From contig NC_092670.1 of the NCBI RefSeq assembly GCF_964355755.1, positions 25,840,795 to 25,904,794 on the forward strand: 64,000 bases of DNA, in the 5' to 3' direction. The notes beneath the pieces are model-generated. The model made no database searches. It had not been told where the DNA came from and saw nothing but the letters and a program-made list of their open reading frames with translations. Below are positions 1 to 14,280 of this stretch, one piece after another (the first letter of the stretch is position 1; every line of letters starts with the position of its first letter). This DNA comes from Antedon mediterranea. Its lineage: Eukaryota; Animalia; Echinodermata. The position numbers and the translations under genes are program-made.

Positions 1-844
1 TTGTGTTCATTTGTGGTCTAAAGAAAACAGTTCATCATAAAACATTTCTTGAAATGTTTCCAAAAGGGTATTCTTTTAGCTAAATCCCATGAACTATATA
101 CAAAAAAGTAATGTTATCATCTAATACCGTATAAAACAATTTAGTTTAACTTTTATGAAGTAAGCAGTACGTGCATAACTTCAACTTTCAACGGAGGGAA
201 AGAATACATTTGATTGACAAAAGGTGACGTGTAACTAATAAAACTAATAAAAAAAAACATTTCAAGTAAGGTAAAACAAGTAAAGTTAACAAAAGCAGGA
301 ATAAGAATAAAAATAATAATAAACTTCGCTTTTTATTGTGCTCAATTTTAATGCACTGTAGGCCTACTTTATCACATAGTATAACAGTAACCAAACTGCT
401 ATTAAAATTACACAAAAAAAAGTAATTTAATTAACCTGTGAAACCCAATGGGGCTTCACATTGTTTGGTTGTTGCCTTTATTTACCAATCCACGCATACT
501 TTTTTTTTCTCAAGAATTATGTACGTTATGCGATATTCTTTGTTTTTATAGCAGCGTACAGAAAATATCCAAATAAATCTAAGATTTGTTTATTGAAAAA
601 ACACAAATAAATGTACGAATGAAAAAATAAACAATTTATATATATATAATTATTTATTTAATAGTGTTTTAGATATTTGTGTTATTATCATCGTATAAAG
701 AGATTATTTCTGACACACAATCTCCTTAAAATCCATAAATGTCTTTAAATATTTAAGGAAAGTTTAAACTTACATCTAGCCATTTTTGGCTAGCTATTTT
801 GAAATAGGTAGGCCTATTAATTATAAACTATTGAATTCGTCTAG

Positions 845-3800
845 CTACTGATCCTGATGGCGATAATGTACGATGTAGATGGGCCGAGCTTCAAAAGAAC
901 GAGTGCCCACCGGACACACAGGGTAGACGAGTATGTGGACAAGCAACTGATTACGCCGAACTGGACTCGGTATGATTATTCATTTAATATATTCAAAATA
1001 AATAAGGATAAAATCGAAAATAGATTTTCTCTATTTTTATCAAAATTATCCCAATTAGACATGCACACTAAACTAGATAATGCCATTTTTTTAGAGTAAA
1101 AACAAAATGGCAGCAAATGTGAGATAATTGTAATCTCTTAAAATGTACCGAATAAATTTGTGGATAGTCAATTAATTGTAAACTTGCTATGAACTGTTAA
1201 AACACCATTCATAAGACCACCATCATATCTCTTTCCAAAATCACAACTCACCTTTTAAGTCATATATTTTGTTTTGCAATTCAATTATTGTAATAATATG
1301 CAGAATCAGGAATTGACCATGGTTATTAAGCCAATAATGTAATAGCGATTTATCCTGTCTACACCACATTCAAACCCAAAATAATCTCCTGGGACTTAAT
1401 TCCCACTTAAAAGTAAATATTAAGTCAATGCTAACGTACAGTGTTAATTTTCAACAGAATCGGTGCCGCTTAACATTTCCTGCAGAAGGTGATCCCGGAT
1501 GGTACGCTGCCACAATTATAGTTGAAGATATTGATAAGGCGACCGGGCAAGCAAAAAGCGCTATTCCGTTCCAATTTTTACTGAATGTTACTGAACGTAA
1601 GTTTTAGAAAATATTCTAATTTTATTTAAACTAGATTAATATCTCTAAATACAAACAACTTGCCAAAAAAGGAAACAAACTCTCATTCGAAAATTGTTTA
1701 CCAGCTGGACTCAACTGTGTCTCTGAATAATTATGTTATGGTGTCTGAAAAATAAGTTAGAAAACTACTTCGGATTCATTTTGATAATATGATCGGATAA
1801 TTTAGAAAAGTTGTTATACACATACTACATACAGGAAAGCGGCTAATACTGGAATTAAAAACCTATAATGTAATGGTTCCTCATGTAATATTCCTGTAGA
1901 ATTAAAATAACTATATACATTATATATAATACACAGTTTTACTATTTATAAATAATTATTATATCGATAATCCTTTTATATAATTATTACCATATAATTA
2001 TTATTGTAATACATTACATTATTTATTACATTATTGTTTTTTTTATAATATTATTTGCCAGCGTGATTTCCATGGATGGCTGTTATTGTTTGTTTTTTTT
2101 TTAATTGTCTTATATTTTTAAAAATTATATCCGTTTACGTTTTTCTTTTTTATAGCAGAAATTATTGTAGGCGTTAAAGATGTATTGTCCCCCAAAAACA
2201 TGAAAAATAAAGATGAATTAAATCAGACTTTGATTATGCCATTTTGTAGTTTTAATCAAGTTAATCACTTTCGTAGAAAAAAAAACAGGAAAAAAATAAT
2301 TGTTTTCACTTATGCTATAAAATGACAACATACATAGTTAAATTCAACCAAAAACCCATTGGCTGACAGCCAATTTGACCATTTTTGCTTTGAATTAAAG
2401 TTTTTTCAGTTAAATACATTTTCTTTCCATCCAATTTTTGGTCAAAGTTGATAACTATTATGTTACATTAAAATGGCATATTCAACAAAAAATTCGTTAA
2501 AATTATTTTTTCAGGGGGACAATACATCTTTAAATCTTCATCTATATTTTCAATTAAAAATAAGAAATATCTAATTCAACAATATTCATCTAAGGCTAAT
2601 GTAGTTTACAACTATTTTTATAGGATGCATCTTGCTCTTTTTGGCGATACTCTGTTTAGTCATTATTGTACGAAGTCTGTCTATGTTTATTTACCTTACT
2701 ATTATACTACAATGAATAATGAAATGTCCTTTGGATACTCAGTCTTAAAACACATTTGGCTTACCGTATTTGAGCCTTCACACACATAACAAAAAGTAGA
2801 GCCAATTTTAAGTGTTTAATTTGTGTTGAAACAGTACATGAATGAATAAATCATGTTGATGTGTGTATTACCAATTAAATAAAATAATACAATGCTATCA
2901 ATCTACCCCACCAAATGTGGTAGATAATTCAACACATTGACTTAAATTAGATTCACAACGCGTTGAAGAAACAGCTTGTTGATGCAACACGTTAGTTAAT
3001 AATGAGTCAATGCATTGACTCATCAGCTTTTACTATTAAGAAAGTTTCTTCAACTTATGAAGCATTCTCGACTGAGACGTGAAAGGTCATAACTCAAACA
3101 TCGCCATACTGCACTCATTTGCGAGATGGAAAAAAAAGAGGAGAAATTATGTTCACTTGATATTATTTTTGTTTGGTATTATGATCAAAAAGGATTAGAA
3201 CGTCGTGCCTTCACAAAAGTTAATATATTGAGCTAAATGTCATCTTAATATCCTATTTTTATTATATGACAATTTCCAATTGTATTACCTTATGATAATG
3301 ATAATGATGATGACAATTTATATGTTTATGTTAAGTAAAAAAAAAATATTGATCGTTGTAAGTACTTTACCTACGTATTTAAACGTACATATAAATAAGA
3401 TAATCACATATTCTACAGTATTCCTAGTTATCTAATCTTTTCAACTTTTTGAAGTTATTGAATAACCAGAATAATATTTATTTTGTCTCCAAATAAATGT
3501 TTTTCAAAATTTACTTAGTATAGTTATCCTTAATATCAAAATGTACTGTAGTTAGTCCACTAGTCAATTTTAACTTTAATTGTTACTATGCTTATTGCTG
3601 GTTTCGACCCCGGTACCACATTGTATTCTCAGTTTGGACATTTCAATACATTGGCTTGATTTGTACATTGTATATATTGTATTAGTACTACAGTAGCATT
3701 CACTGAGAGAAGTCCACAAGTTTTTATATTCTTTTTGATTGCAAGTACCAATTATTTTTAATCTTTGGTGTGTCTCTATTTGAGAATCACAGTGTGTGAG

Positions 3801-6800
3801 TAATTTTATCATTGATGCCTTTATCTTTGTTGACAATTATTTATAACAATTATATAGTACAGTATCTCTATTAAAGATATTATTTAATTTAGAATAGTAT
3901 AGATAGCAGTTAAATTTGCATACGTTTTCATTTTCGCTTGAACAGCTAGATACAATGTTTGTACGCTGTATTGATATTTTTAATGTAGACGTCTAGATAA
4001 CGTTTGTTGTAATCCTCCACAGTTATACCAATACAATATAATACGATACGAATGCACCTCTAATAAACGTGTCTTATTTGGTTATTTGCTACTTCGGTAA
4101 CAGCAGAAGTAGCAGCCTACGGAGATCATTTAGACCTCCAGGCCGCACCACAAGTTTATCTGAACGTCATGGGTCTTCCGCCTCCTCAGAGTTCGGCTCA
4201 ACGCAAGAAAACTATGTGACCGGACATTTCACAACCATCCCACAACGGCAATCCATGCAGTTACCAACAACTCTGTCGACCATTCCAGTCTCCAAGCAGT
4301 TGATGCATTAACAAAAAATCACCTTATGCTGAAAGAGCTTGTGGCTTTAGGTCTTCTAAAATTGAATGACAAGACAGCCAACTAAAGACATTTGAAGGCA
4401 ACGTTCAAGAGAATCACCAATGACCCAAGTGGTTTGGGGAACAGTCATTACAACTTGCGATGCCTTTTAGAGCAATCAATGTAAATAATCCCGAGAAATG
4501 TTTACATGGTATGGGAAAATCTGGACAAAACGAATGGTGCTCCAGAAGTATATTGAAAGGGATCTACTCAAACGACTTGAAGAATTCCCAAAGTTTCAAC
4601 TCAGGGACCAGCTAAAGCTTAAACACCTTCTTCTTGAAGTAAACTGTGCAAAAGAAGGACTGTACTCCGGATTACTGTCACTGAACTTAGCACATGGTGT
4701 AAATACGATAATTACGATAGTTAAAAATCTCCTGTATCAACTCCACAGCAAGATTTTTCTGCTCCAACCTCACAGCAAGACGGCGAGGAGAGGGAAGATG
4801 GAGTCAATCCTTCACTCTCACCGCTTGTACTAAAGTGTACACAAACATTCCCGGCGGACGTTCATGTTCCAAAATTTGCAAGGTGTTGATATATCTTCCC
4901 AGAAAACCGTGAAGCTGAGGCGCTTATGGTTACCAAAGTAATGGAACATTAACTAAAGCACAATTATTTGACCACTTCCGGAACACATCAAATGTAGTAC
5001 AAGCACACAAAGTCAGAGAACAGATAAATGGCCCAGACGATGCTCCTTACGCTCAACGACTGGGTAGGCTGGGTAATTGTCAGCGAAACATATTTAGACG
5101 AAGTTCAACTGTCACTGCAGCAAATCAATGTATATACGGCGATTGTGACACAATTCCCAGTCTGCCCTAATGCGATTCACTTGAGCGAGCAAAACGGGGA
5201 CAACGAGCCTAAAACAGTAGTTAAGGTTGGAGAAAACGATGATAAGCCTGCAATGTCTATTGAGGATCGTCAGTTCATTAGTGGACAATGATGCATTAAG
5301 GGATGACAAGGGTTGTTGGGTAGCTCCTCTACCATTCAAGCCGTTAAGCCAACCTCTACCGGACAATCGTGATCTGGCTCAATGAAGATTTAATAGTTTG
5401 TACAAAATATAATACAAATTTATCTAAGAAACCGGAACAGAAGAAACAATTCATCAACATGCTAAAAAACCGACACGCAGAAGTAGCACCGCCCATAGAT
5501 GAAGGAAAAGGACGATGGTACCTCCCAATTTTTGGAGTTTATCACCAACATAAACCAGGCAAAATAAGGGTGGTGTTTTAGAGTGGAAAGGTGTGTCTCT
5601 CAACAAAGTTGTTGAGGTCAGGACCACTCAACAACTCCTCAAAGGCATTGACAACGAAGTAATTGATTACCGAATGAAAGTTCACGTATTTGGTAACAGT
5701 TAGTAACAATCACCGTCAGTTTCTATCTATTGTATGGGCAGAACAAATAATATGAAGAAAAATGTGGTTCAGACGCAAGCCAGCATATTTTGCGTAATGT
5801 TTACGTTGATGACGGACTAACATCATTACCTACCGCTGAAGAAGCAATTGCATTACCAAAAAACAGTGGACAAGTAATTCTTGCATTGTACAAAGCAGAC
5901 AAGGCAAAAGGCTTGCAAAATATCAATCTTAAAAGTCATCTACGATGCCAACGAAGTATCGGGGTCTCATGGAACTTGGACACAGACAGCTTCACTTTCA
6001 AGATATTAGCGCAAAAGAATGATGAATACACAAGAAGGGGAGTTTTGTCTGTGGTCAACAGCCTATTTGACCCATTGGGTCTTGCATCACCAATCACTCT
6101 ACAAGGAAAAAGCTGGAGCTCATTAAATTCTGCACGCACCACCAGTGACATACGGAAGGCTAGGAACATTATAGTTCAGACTGTCAAGACAGAAGTCGTC
6201 CAAGACGAAATGTCAAACCTCCAATCAGGAAGACCAATCCCAAAGATTACCATACAGAAATTAGCTCCATTTATTGGAAAAGACGGTCTTCTTAGAATAG
6301 GAGGACGGACACCACGATCAGACTCTGACTATGACCACAAACATCCATTAATTTTACCAGCATCAAATTATGTGTCAAGCTTTATTGTGAGGTTCTATCA
6401 CCACAAAGTTTGTCACCAGGGTTGAAACATCACGGAAGTGGCTATACGATAAGGTGGATATTGGATCATCAGTGGTAAGCGACTTGTCTCTTCAATTGCA
6501 TGACCTGCAGGGAATCAAGGGGTAAATTAGAGACCAATTGATCGTCTCTCATTATCGCCACCATTCACAAGTGTCGGAATAGATGTATTTGGTCCCAAAT
6601 AAATAACAAATAATAACACGACAAACCAAAGGTGGCAGTGCCGACAGCAAACGATGGGCAGTTATGTTTGCTTGTATTTCGTCTTGGGCTGTCACATCGA
6701 GGTATTGTAATCGATGTCGTCTTCAAGTTTAATACATGCTCTTTGCTGATTCTTTTCTATTCGTGGACCGATCCGATCAGACAGATTTTCGTCGGTGCGG

Positions 6801-9800
6801 CAAAAGAACTTAATCTGTAAATCGCAAATCGCTACAGAAAAGAGGCTACAAGTGGATTTTTAATCCACCCCACGCATCCCACACTCGTGGCGGAAGTCAT
6901 AGACATAATGAACTCAAGATCTCTAGTACCTGTATCAACGAACCCTGATGATCCAACCATACTTACACCTACCATGCTCCTCGCCCAAAAACGTGACCGC
7001 AGTTTAAAAACCTGTAGGGAACTTCGACCGACCTCAACCAAGCGTACACCTCATAATGGAAGCATGCAGTGAACAGGCCAGTAACAATAGTCGAGCGTTC
7101 CCGAGTGTGGATGGAAAGATAAGGAGAGTTGAATTGACGACGTGGAAAGATGGCGAAAACAGAAAGTATACTATAACCATTTCTGATCTTGTACTTGTGG
7201 ACAGAGGACAATTAATGGCATTTTTTCTTCAAATAAATGTCTTTAAAAATGTACTGTAGTTAGTCCACTAGTTATTACCTCGGTACCACACTGTTTTCTC
7301 ATTATGGGCACTTTTTTTAGGTTTGGATTATCTATTATTAAATAACTTGGCTTGATTTGTACATTGTATATACAGTATTAGTACTGCAGTAGCATTCATT
7401 GAGAGAAGTCCACCAGTTATTATATTCTTTTTGATTGCAAGTTTCAATTCTTTTTAGTCGCGTACAACGCGACTCTAGCCCACTATGTCGGTCGGTAAAC
7501 ACTGCATATTGAACTTTAAAAACGTTATTTTTAAAATTGAAAGAATGGATTTACACATTCATCGCATCGGACCTCGTGCAATGTGCTACCGTACCATTAA
7601 AAAAATGGAAAATCTGATTAAAACGGCCTCAAATTACGCTATAACACGTTGCTTCCAGGACCCCACCTTGGCGCCCCTGCCCCCAGCCTAGTGATGCTTG
7701 CTTCACTCGCATAGCCCCCGTCGGGGGAATTTAGATCCTGGTGCCATCGCTGTTACTATTAAACTCTACATTCGTGATAACCATAATAAAGTTTATAATT
7801 AACACATTGTTATTGTGTAAGGAATCAAGTAAATTGAATCTTAGTATAGGTATGGGTATAATTGGAGAGACAGATATGTCAATATCTTGTTCACAACAGT
7901 CAATGACATAGACAATCCTATCATCTAATAATCACATTTTAAATGTGTAAACTTTATTATTTCAATCTCTTTTAGCCGGAAGCTGTGTCGGACCCAAAGT
8001 TGATGGGCCTAGTTGCGATATTATTAGAGTTGGCGAAAGATGGACAGGAACCATTGTCGCCAAAATTGATCCTAAATCAGACGCCAATAAGTAAATAAAT
8101 GTTGATATTTCAAATGTGTATGCATTACGGTATTCAAGTACTTGTACACCCATGACCAACATTTATGTTATTTTAGTTAAAGATGTATTGTCCCTGAAAA
8201 AATAATTCTTACAACATTTTTTGTTGAATATTCCATTTTAGTGTAACATAATAATTATCCACTTTGACCAAAAATTGGATCGAAAAAAAAATATATTTAC
8301 CTGAAAAAATTTAAAGAAAAAATGGTCAAATTGGCTGCCAGCCAATGGATTTTTGGTTGAAATTAACCATTTATTTTGTCATTTTATAAGTGAAAACATG
8401 ATTTTTTTAAATTTTTTTTTCTATGGAAGTGATTAACTTGATTAAAACTACAAAATAACATATTCAAAGTCTGATTGAATTAATCTTCATTTTTCATGTT
8501 TTTGGGGGACAATACATCTTTAAAAGTTAGTTTAAATTAGAAGGTCTATTTAAATAAACAAGTAACAACTCAAAGACATAATGCATATTTAGACATTTTT
8601 AGATCAAACGGATACATTGTTAATTATAGACTTAAATTCCATGTCTTAGCCATTACTTATTTTATGATTTGTATTAACCTAAATAACGATAGAATTTTAC
8701 TTATATAATAGTATACTTTGCTTTATAGCGTTATTGGACTTCCTATGAGCCCACCTGACGGTATGACCAAGCGATATGTTCGTCCACCACCAGACAAGAA
8801 GGTTGTGGCACAGCTATCATACTCATCAAACCGACCAAGAACAGTTTCTTATTGTTACTCTGGTCTAGATAACAACTGGTAAGGGAAAATTGAATTTATA
8901 CATACATCATTAAAATCACACATTCTACAAATCCAAATAAAATCGACATTCTATATGGAATGTGTTGCAGTTTGAAACTATTTTAAACTTTCATCATATA
9001 AATAATATTACAGGACTAAAATGTATCTAAAAATGTGACGTATATAATAAAGTATTCTGTTTTATTGCTCTCTGTCACTATAGGATACAAAGTGATCCAG
9101 TGTGTGGGAGAATTATTGTCTCCAGTAAGTACACTATCATGTTTTAAACATACAAATCATATCTCACAATCATACATCCTTTAGAAAACCACGAAATGGT
9201 TGTAAAAATATCAGTTCAATGATTACACACCAACAAACAAATATTTTTGCCCCGATAAGGTCTGAGGGTATAATTCACTTGGTTATAATACAGGAAAGTA
9301 CTATAAAACCGTTACGTTAAAATTGTCACCGTGTAGCGTACGGTACTGAAATATATTTAGGCCTAAAATTAAATAACATCTGCTTAAAAATTGTGATTTT
9401 TATTTTCAAATTAAATTTTTAATAAATTAGACAAATTACCAAAAGCAACCGAAGACGTACAACCTGCAAGGATTCTTCCACTGCAGTCGACACCAGGACC
9501 TGGAACTCAATTTGGCAAGAATCCTCCAGCAACATGGAAAGTCAAGTTCAACAAACCAGTAATGTTATACTTTTTAGTACTGTATTAAGATATTACACTT
9601 TTTTGTCCTATTTCCCTTTTTTGTTAAGGACATACTTATTTTACAAACATATTATATTCATATTTCCACTTTCCACACAAAAAAAGATTTGTCTACATTA
9701 CCGTATTCAATTTTGTATGAGGTTTTTTTCAAATAATATAGATCGAACGCCCAGAGCACGCAGCTTACATCAAGATTGTAGAAATTGGACGAAAAGGTCA

Positions 9801-12800
9801 GAAGACTATCGCAAAATATGATGTTAAAAATAGTAATCAGGTTACGTTAATGGGTGATACCGCAAGATTTAGACCACCACTGAATAAACTAAAAGACGGC
9901 GTGATGTACTCAATTCAAGTTGAAGCTGGTACCGGATTGGTCTACTATAAAGATCCATGTGGCAACGCACCAGCTGCAAAACCAAATGATGAGTCTATGT
10001 GGGTATTTGGTACGCAAGCCTGTACGCCCGCTGCTCCACCCAAAGTTGTCAAAGGCGGTTCTTTTCCAAGACCTGATATCAAGATTGACGGAGAAGAAAC
10101 TTGGACCATTAAATTTAACAAAGAAGTAAGCCAATGGTGTTATCGCCCTAATTGTCTGAACATTTTCTATGTAGTAATAAAATTCAATGAAATACAATTT
10201 AAAAACAATGAAATAGGGTAAATTTATTGAAGTAAATTTTTATATGCGCTGTTCTTATATAGATTGAGCGACCGACTTCAACGGCTTTTGTTACCGTGGT
10301 GGAGTTGACCAGAAACGGAGAGAGGGAAGTTGCTAGACTTGATGCAAAAAACAGAAACCAGGTTATATTTCCAAATTATGACAAAACAATTATTAACGTG
10401 CGAGCACCATTAAATGTTTTGGAAGATGGTAATGTTTATGAACTGAGAGTAGAGAGTGGCGTAGCTGTTAGCTTCAACCCGAATACATGCCGAAATGAAC
10501 TTTCAAGAAAACCATCTGCGAGAGCAGCATGGACCTTTAAAACACGTAAGTTAAATTTAAAAAATTATAAAGCTTAGCCCTATCAAACTATATTAATTTT
10601 AAAAATCGTAGTACGTGTATCGAAAGAAAGAAAGAACCGTCCTCATACAACACGATCGAAGAAGTCTAGACAAAGTTAACAGAAAAGTTATTTTCATTTC
10701 AACAGCACCTCCACCAGTTCCGTATGTAGATTGCCAAGATTATAAAATGACATTCTATGTGCCAATTAGACTAGCGAAAGGTATTGCAGCCAGATTCCTT
10801 CATTTGCATGATCCTAACTGTGTTGCTACAAGAATCAATGCTACCCACATAGCAGTTATGACATATTATGATGAGTGTGGAACCGTACAAAAGGTATATT
10901 TTATTTAGTGTATAATTAATCATTTATATTTTAGAATGCTATTTTGAAATGCTAATTAAAATTGCCAGCAATCCGCAATAATATTAAAATAAACTACGTT
11001 ATAAATGTAAAAATAACACTATTAGTGATAGCATAATTATATTTCTACTTTGTCTGCTACAGACAATAACATCAGATATTACAAGATATGCAAATACACT
11101 TCGGAACGACGCAGAGCCGGTTATGAGAGGTGCGCCAGTTACTCGCCGTCAACACAACGTTGAGTTAAGATACATGTGTGAAGTGACAGGAACTAAACTG
11201 GACAGGATGTTTAATCCGAACACCGGTGTACAGTCCGACAAGTACAGAAATAATGGTAATATGAACACATATCTTGAGATGTATCCAACAGCACAATTCA
11301 TCAATCCATACACGTCACCACCAAACGTTACATTTGAACAGACGTTGTATTTTGCTGGCCATGCCTATGATACGAACAAGGTTCTGGAGATTGAAAGCTG
11401 TCGGGCTACGAGTAAAGACAAAACCTGTACCAAATTTGACATTCCTTATGTCATGATTTCAGATGGGTAAATATGGTTTCTCAGTTATGACGAATTATTG
11501 ACATTGATGTATAAACGGTGAACAAACGTACGAAACTTTATGACAATGACTAGTTTTGGATTCAAATTAATTACTATTTTTGTTTTGTAACGATATTGAT
11601 GTTGACGATTTATCGTGCGTGTGTGCGTGTGTGTGTGATGAAAAAAGAAAAGAAATAAAGTAAAGTTTCATCTCCATTTTGTTACTTACTCCATTGATTT
11701 CAATATTATTGGCTATCACAAACTAAAAAATGGGCTAATAGCCTACTGATTACTGACTAACGCATGCATATTTACTAAAATAATACGTACCTTTTATTTA
11801 GATGTCCACTCGATCCAACATTACTGTTCTTGAATACGCCAGGTACATACACGAAAAGATTCTCGATGTCAACTCTGGCCCTGATCAACAAAGGAATGGA
11901 ACACAACGTAAGGATACAATGAATAACATCTATTTATTTCTTAGGAACCCTCAGTTGACGAATACGAAACATGGCAGTAACAGCGACCATAGTAACTATG
12001 ACAGACATTCAATAATAACATTTTGAACATTGATTGTAGAATATAGGACGGAGACAAAAGACAATAACCCACATTATCAACAATATTTAACCTCTACTAA
12101 CAAATATATTATATAACATTGCTAACCTTAAGACAAAATAAAAAAGGCTTGATGAGTATCATACGTTAGTACATTACTGTAACATCAAAGTTATTAACAA
12201 AGATTGAACGAGGATCATTTCGACAGTTTTTTATCAATAACAATTGTATTACCAAGGTGAAAATGATACAGACTTAGTGGAAATGTAAATGAATTAACAA
12301 TTCCAAGTTGTTCTTTACGTTTAGGACGCAGACAGGCTAACTATGACAACTTACGATTATATCTGTTATTCTGTTATTGTAAATAGCGTGACGAAACCGT
12401 TTCAGAGCCGTCGGAGTGGGGTTGACACTGGAAGAAGTTTAAATAAGATCATCATTGTTTTAAATTTCTCTATTCTATTGTTAGGTGATTGTTAAATGCC
12501 GCATGGTGGCTTGTGATGCTTCAAATATGCACGAATGTGACCGAATTCGGAGGTCACGTGACTTGTGCATGTTGGGTAATGCAGATTTTGGTGAAATGGC
12601 ACCTGCCTATGTTCCACCAGCGGAGTCAATGAAACGTAATTATAGCCAGAAACCTAGTGGGCATATATTAGATTTCAGTAGATGATGATGATGTGATAAG
12701 AGATGAGAGTAGACCTACAGGAGGAAAGCATTTAGAGGAGAGAGCAATCAGGGTTCGATATGGTATACAGTACAGTAATAGTAGAAAACACAAAACCCAA

Positions 12801-13287
12801 TCGTAAAATTATCAAATTTCTAATTTAATAGCATTTTGGTTTTAAAAAATATAGTTATTTAACAAAAATCAGTGTCGAAACAATAATTGTTTATACGTCA
12901 TAACAGATAATTAAACCATTGTCCGGTTTGGTACAGGTTTTGCATTATTTATTTTGTTGAAAAATCAGACACTAATTATTCAATTATAACATTCAGTTCT
13001 AATCTAAAGTAACTTTCAAAAAAGAGACACGAATTATCTTATTCTAGTTGATAGGTTGACAGTTAAAAGTCAACTTAATTATTACTAAGTTTAAAAAAAT
13101 GTCACTATTATTATTCATTTTTTGTGCCAAATTGCAAACTTATACAAACATTGAATGTTCTTCACTAATTGTAGTTGATGTTTCACCAAATGGACAAGGG
13201 AACCAAAGAAGAAGGCAACGGCAACGAGGAAGAGGACAAAATACTGGATATAATCAAAAGGGTGGATCCGGTTCCAACGAAAATTAA
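845..13287 (+). CDS. Multi-exon gene (5' end upstream of the window): probably secreted protein with a Cys-containing DPDGD-VRCRWA domain, two SbsA/Big_5-like Ig repeats and a C-terminal zona pellucida (ZP) module
   Basis: Phase-compatible AG/GT exons: 845-969 (TDPDGDNVRCRWAELQKNEC), 1458-1596 (CRLTF..GWYAATIIVED..IPFQFLLNV), 7976-8090, 8729-8878, 9084-9124, 9431-9558, 9742-10125, 10263-10545 (repeated W.(V/I)KFNK.IERP...L.DG..Y...VE.G...W.F.T), 10706-10893 (ZP-N-like VDCQDYKM..LHDPNC..YDECGT), 11063-11466 (IESCRAT..YVMISDG), 11802-11907 (CPLDPT..KRFSM) and from 12485 (VIVKCRMVAC). The 3' end is ambiguous: read-through stop at 12685, or splicing via ~12679-12762 and/or 13175-13287. Confidence 0.85.
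2178..2529. mobile_element. Non-autonomous DNA transposon (Kolobok-like MITE), copy 1
   Basis: TIR AGATGTATTGTCCCCC...GGGGGACAATACATCT flanked by TTAA (2174-2177, 2530-2533). TTAA TSD with RR..YY termini is typical of Kolobok. Confidence 0.75.
3481..7455 (+). mobile_element. Degenerate BEL/Pao LTR retrotransposon in an intron of the ZP gene
   Basis: Frameshifted pol motifs WYLPIFGVYHQHKPGKIRVVF, NVYVDDGL, TRRGVLSVVNSLFDPLGLASP, KLAPFIGKDGLLRIGGR, KHPLILP, VCHQG, PPFTSVGIDVFGP and DGKIRRVEL. Diverged direct repeats (TGTACTGTAGTTAGTCCACTAGT...) at ~3481-3760 and ~7221-7455 are probable LTR remnants. Confidence 0.9.
7530..7751 (+). mobile_element. Right-end fragment of the hAT-like MITE family seen at 19515-21117
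   Basis: Shares AATCTGATTAAAA..CCTCAAAT..CCCAGCCTAGTGATGCT..CGCATAGCCCCC..GATCCTGG(T/C)GCCA with ~20950-21117. Preceded by a TTTTTAGTCGCG..ACGCGACTCTA hairpin end (~7452) of the HINE-like family. Confidence 0.7.
8181..8519. mobile_element. Kolobok-like MITE, copy 2 (inverted relative to copy 1)
   Basis: Same TIR and TTAA flanks (8177-8180, 8520-8523). Internal sequence is the reverse complement of 2178-2529. Confidence 0.75.
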
Positions 13288-14099
13288 ACATAATTCGCGA
13301 TTCGCAAATCAGTCGAGTTATTGTATAGATGAGTCAAGTTCACGCTCTTCTTCGACGACACCTATACTAATAATGATATAGACACATACATTAGTATTGG
13401 TTTAGTTTGAATGTATCTTCCTTCTGACAAAATAAGCTTCTGATCATGGCTATTTCATCATTTGCTTACTAAGGACATTGTTATTTGTCAGGTGTTCACT
13501 CTGGTAGACTTAATAGAGTTTAAATTAATTAATAGCAAGAGCAAAACTTATAATACTCTCGGTGGTTGTGTGTTCCAATCAGTATAATACAATAATTTGT
13601 GTATGTATATCAAGTTAAATCATACCCCCACCCAGTTAGCTACGTAACACATACGTTAAATATTTATTTAAATCAATGGAACGTGGCACTACTTTGTTGA
13701 CAGAACCTGACATTTTTTAACTGGAAATTGATTTGTAATCCTTATCCGCCGGTATACACATAAACAAAGAAAACATAGCGCTGCAATTTCTAATATTGTA
13801 GAGTATTATTAGTTTTTTCAGAGCTTATACTATAATAATTTTTAGTTCAAATGTAAAATTACCTCAGGGCTGTTCCCATTATTGATCTATTTTTAATTAC
13901 TACCAGAAGTGCCTAAATGAATATTAATGTGTTAAATATTGGTTTATAAAAAATATATGTAAGTTTAGATTCTAGCGTATTTAAGACGTCTACCTTGTTA
14001 GTATTTCCCTAATACACATACCTGATTTTATAAACTGAACTTTTTTATACGCATCCACCAGCAAGTAACTCGCCAATTACAGGATTGATAAACTATTTT

Positions 14100-14280
14100 A
14101 TAATTTATCGTGCTTATAAATTAAGTCTCATTTGAGGCTTAGGGAGTAGAGTTGAAAGAGTCGTAGTTACAATCCTGCCATTAGGTCAGGGTTGAACCCC
14201 GCCACTAGGTCACGATTGAACCCTGGACCTTGGGATTGTGAGGCAAGTACGTTAACCACCAAGCTACTGCTCCACTACAT
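14100..14280 (-). mobile_element. tRNA-derived SINE
   Basis: Minus strand reads AGCAGTAGCTTGGTGGTTAACGTACTTGCCTCACAATCCCAAGGTCCAGGGTTCAATC (A and B boxes), with a duplicated B-box segment. Confidence 0.6.

Noticed and set aside
857-1099. ORF-track 80-aa protein
   Set aside because: Wrong frame: the real exon (845-969) is read in another frame and the rest is intron.
9742-10545. Bacterial contamination or recent HGT suggested by bacterial-type Ig repeats
   Set aside because: The repeats are split by canonical spliceosomal introns and are in frame with an animal ZP module.
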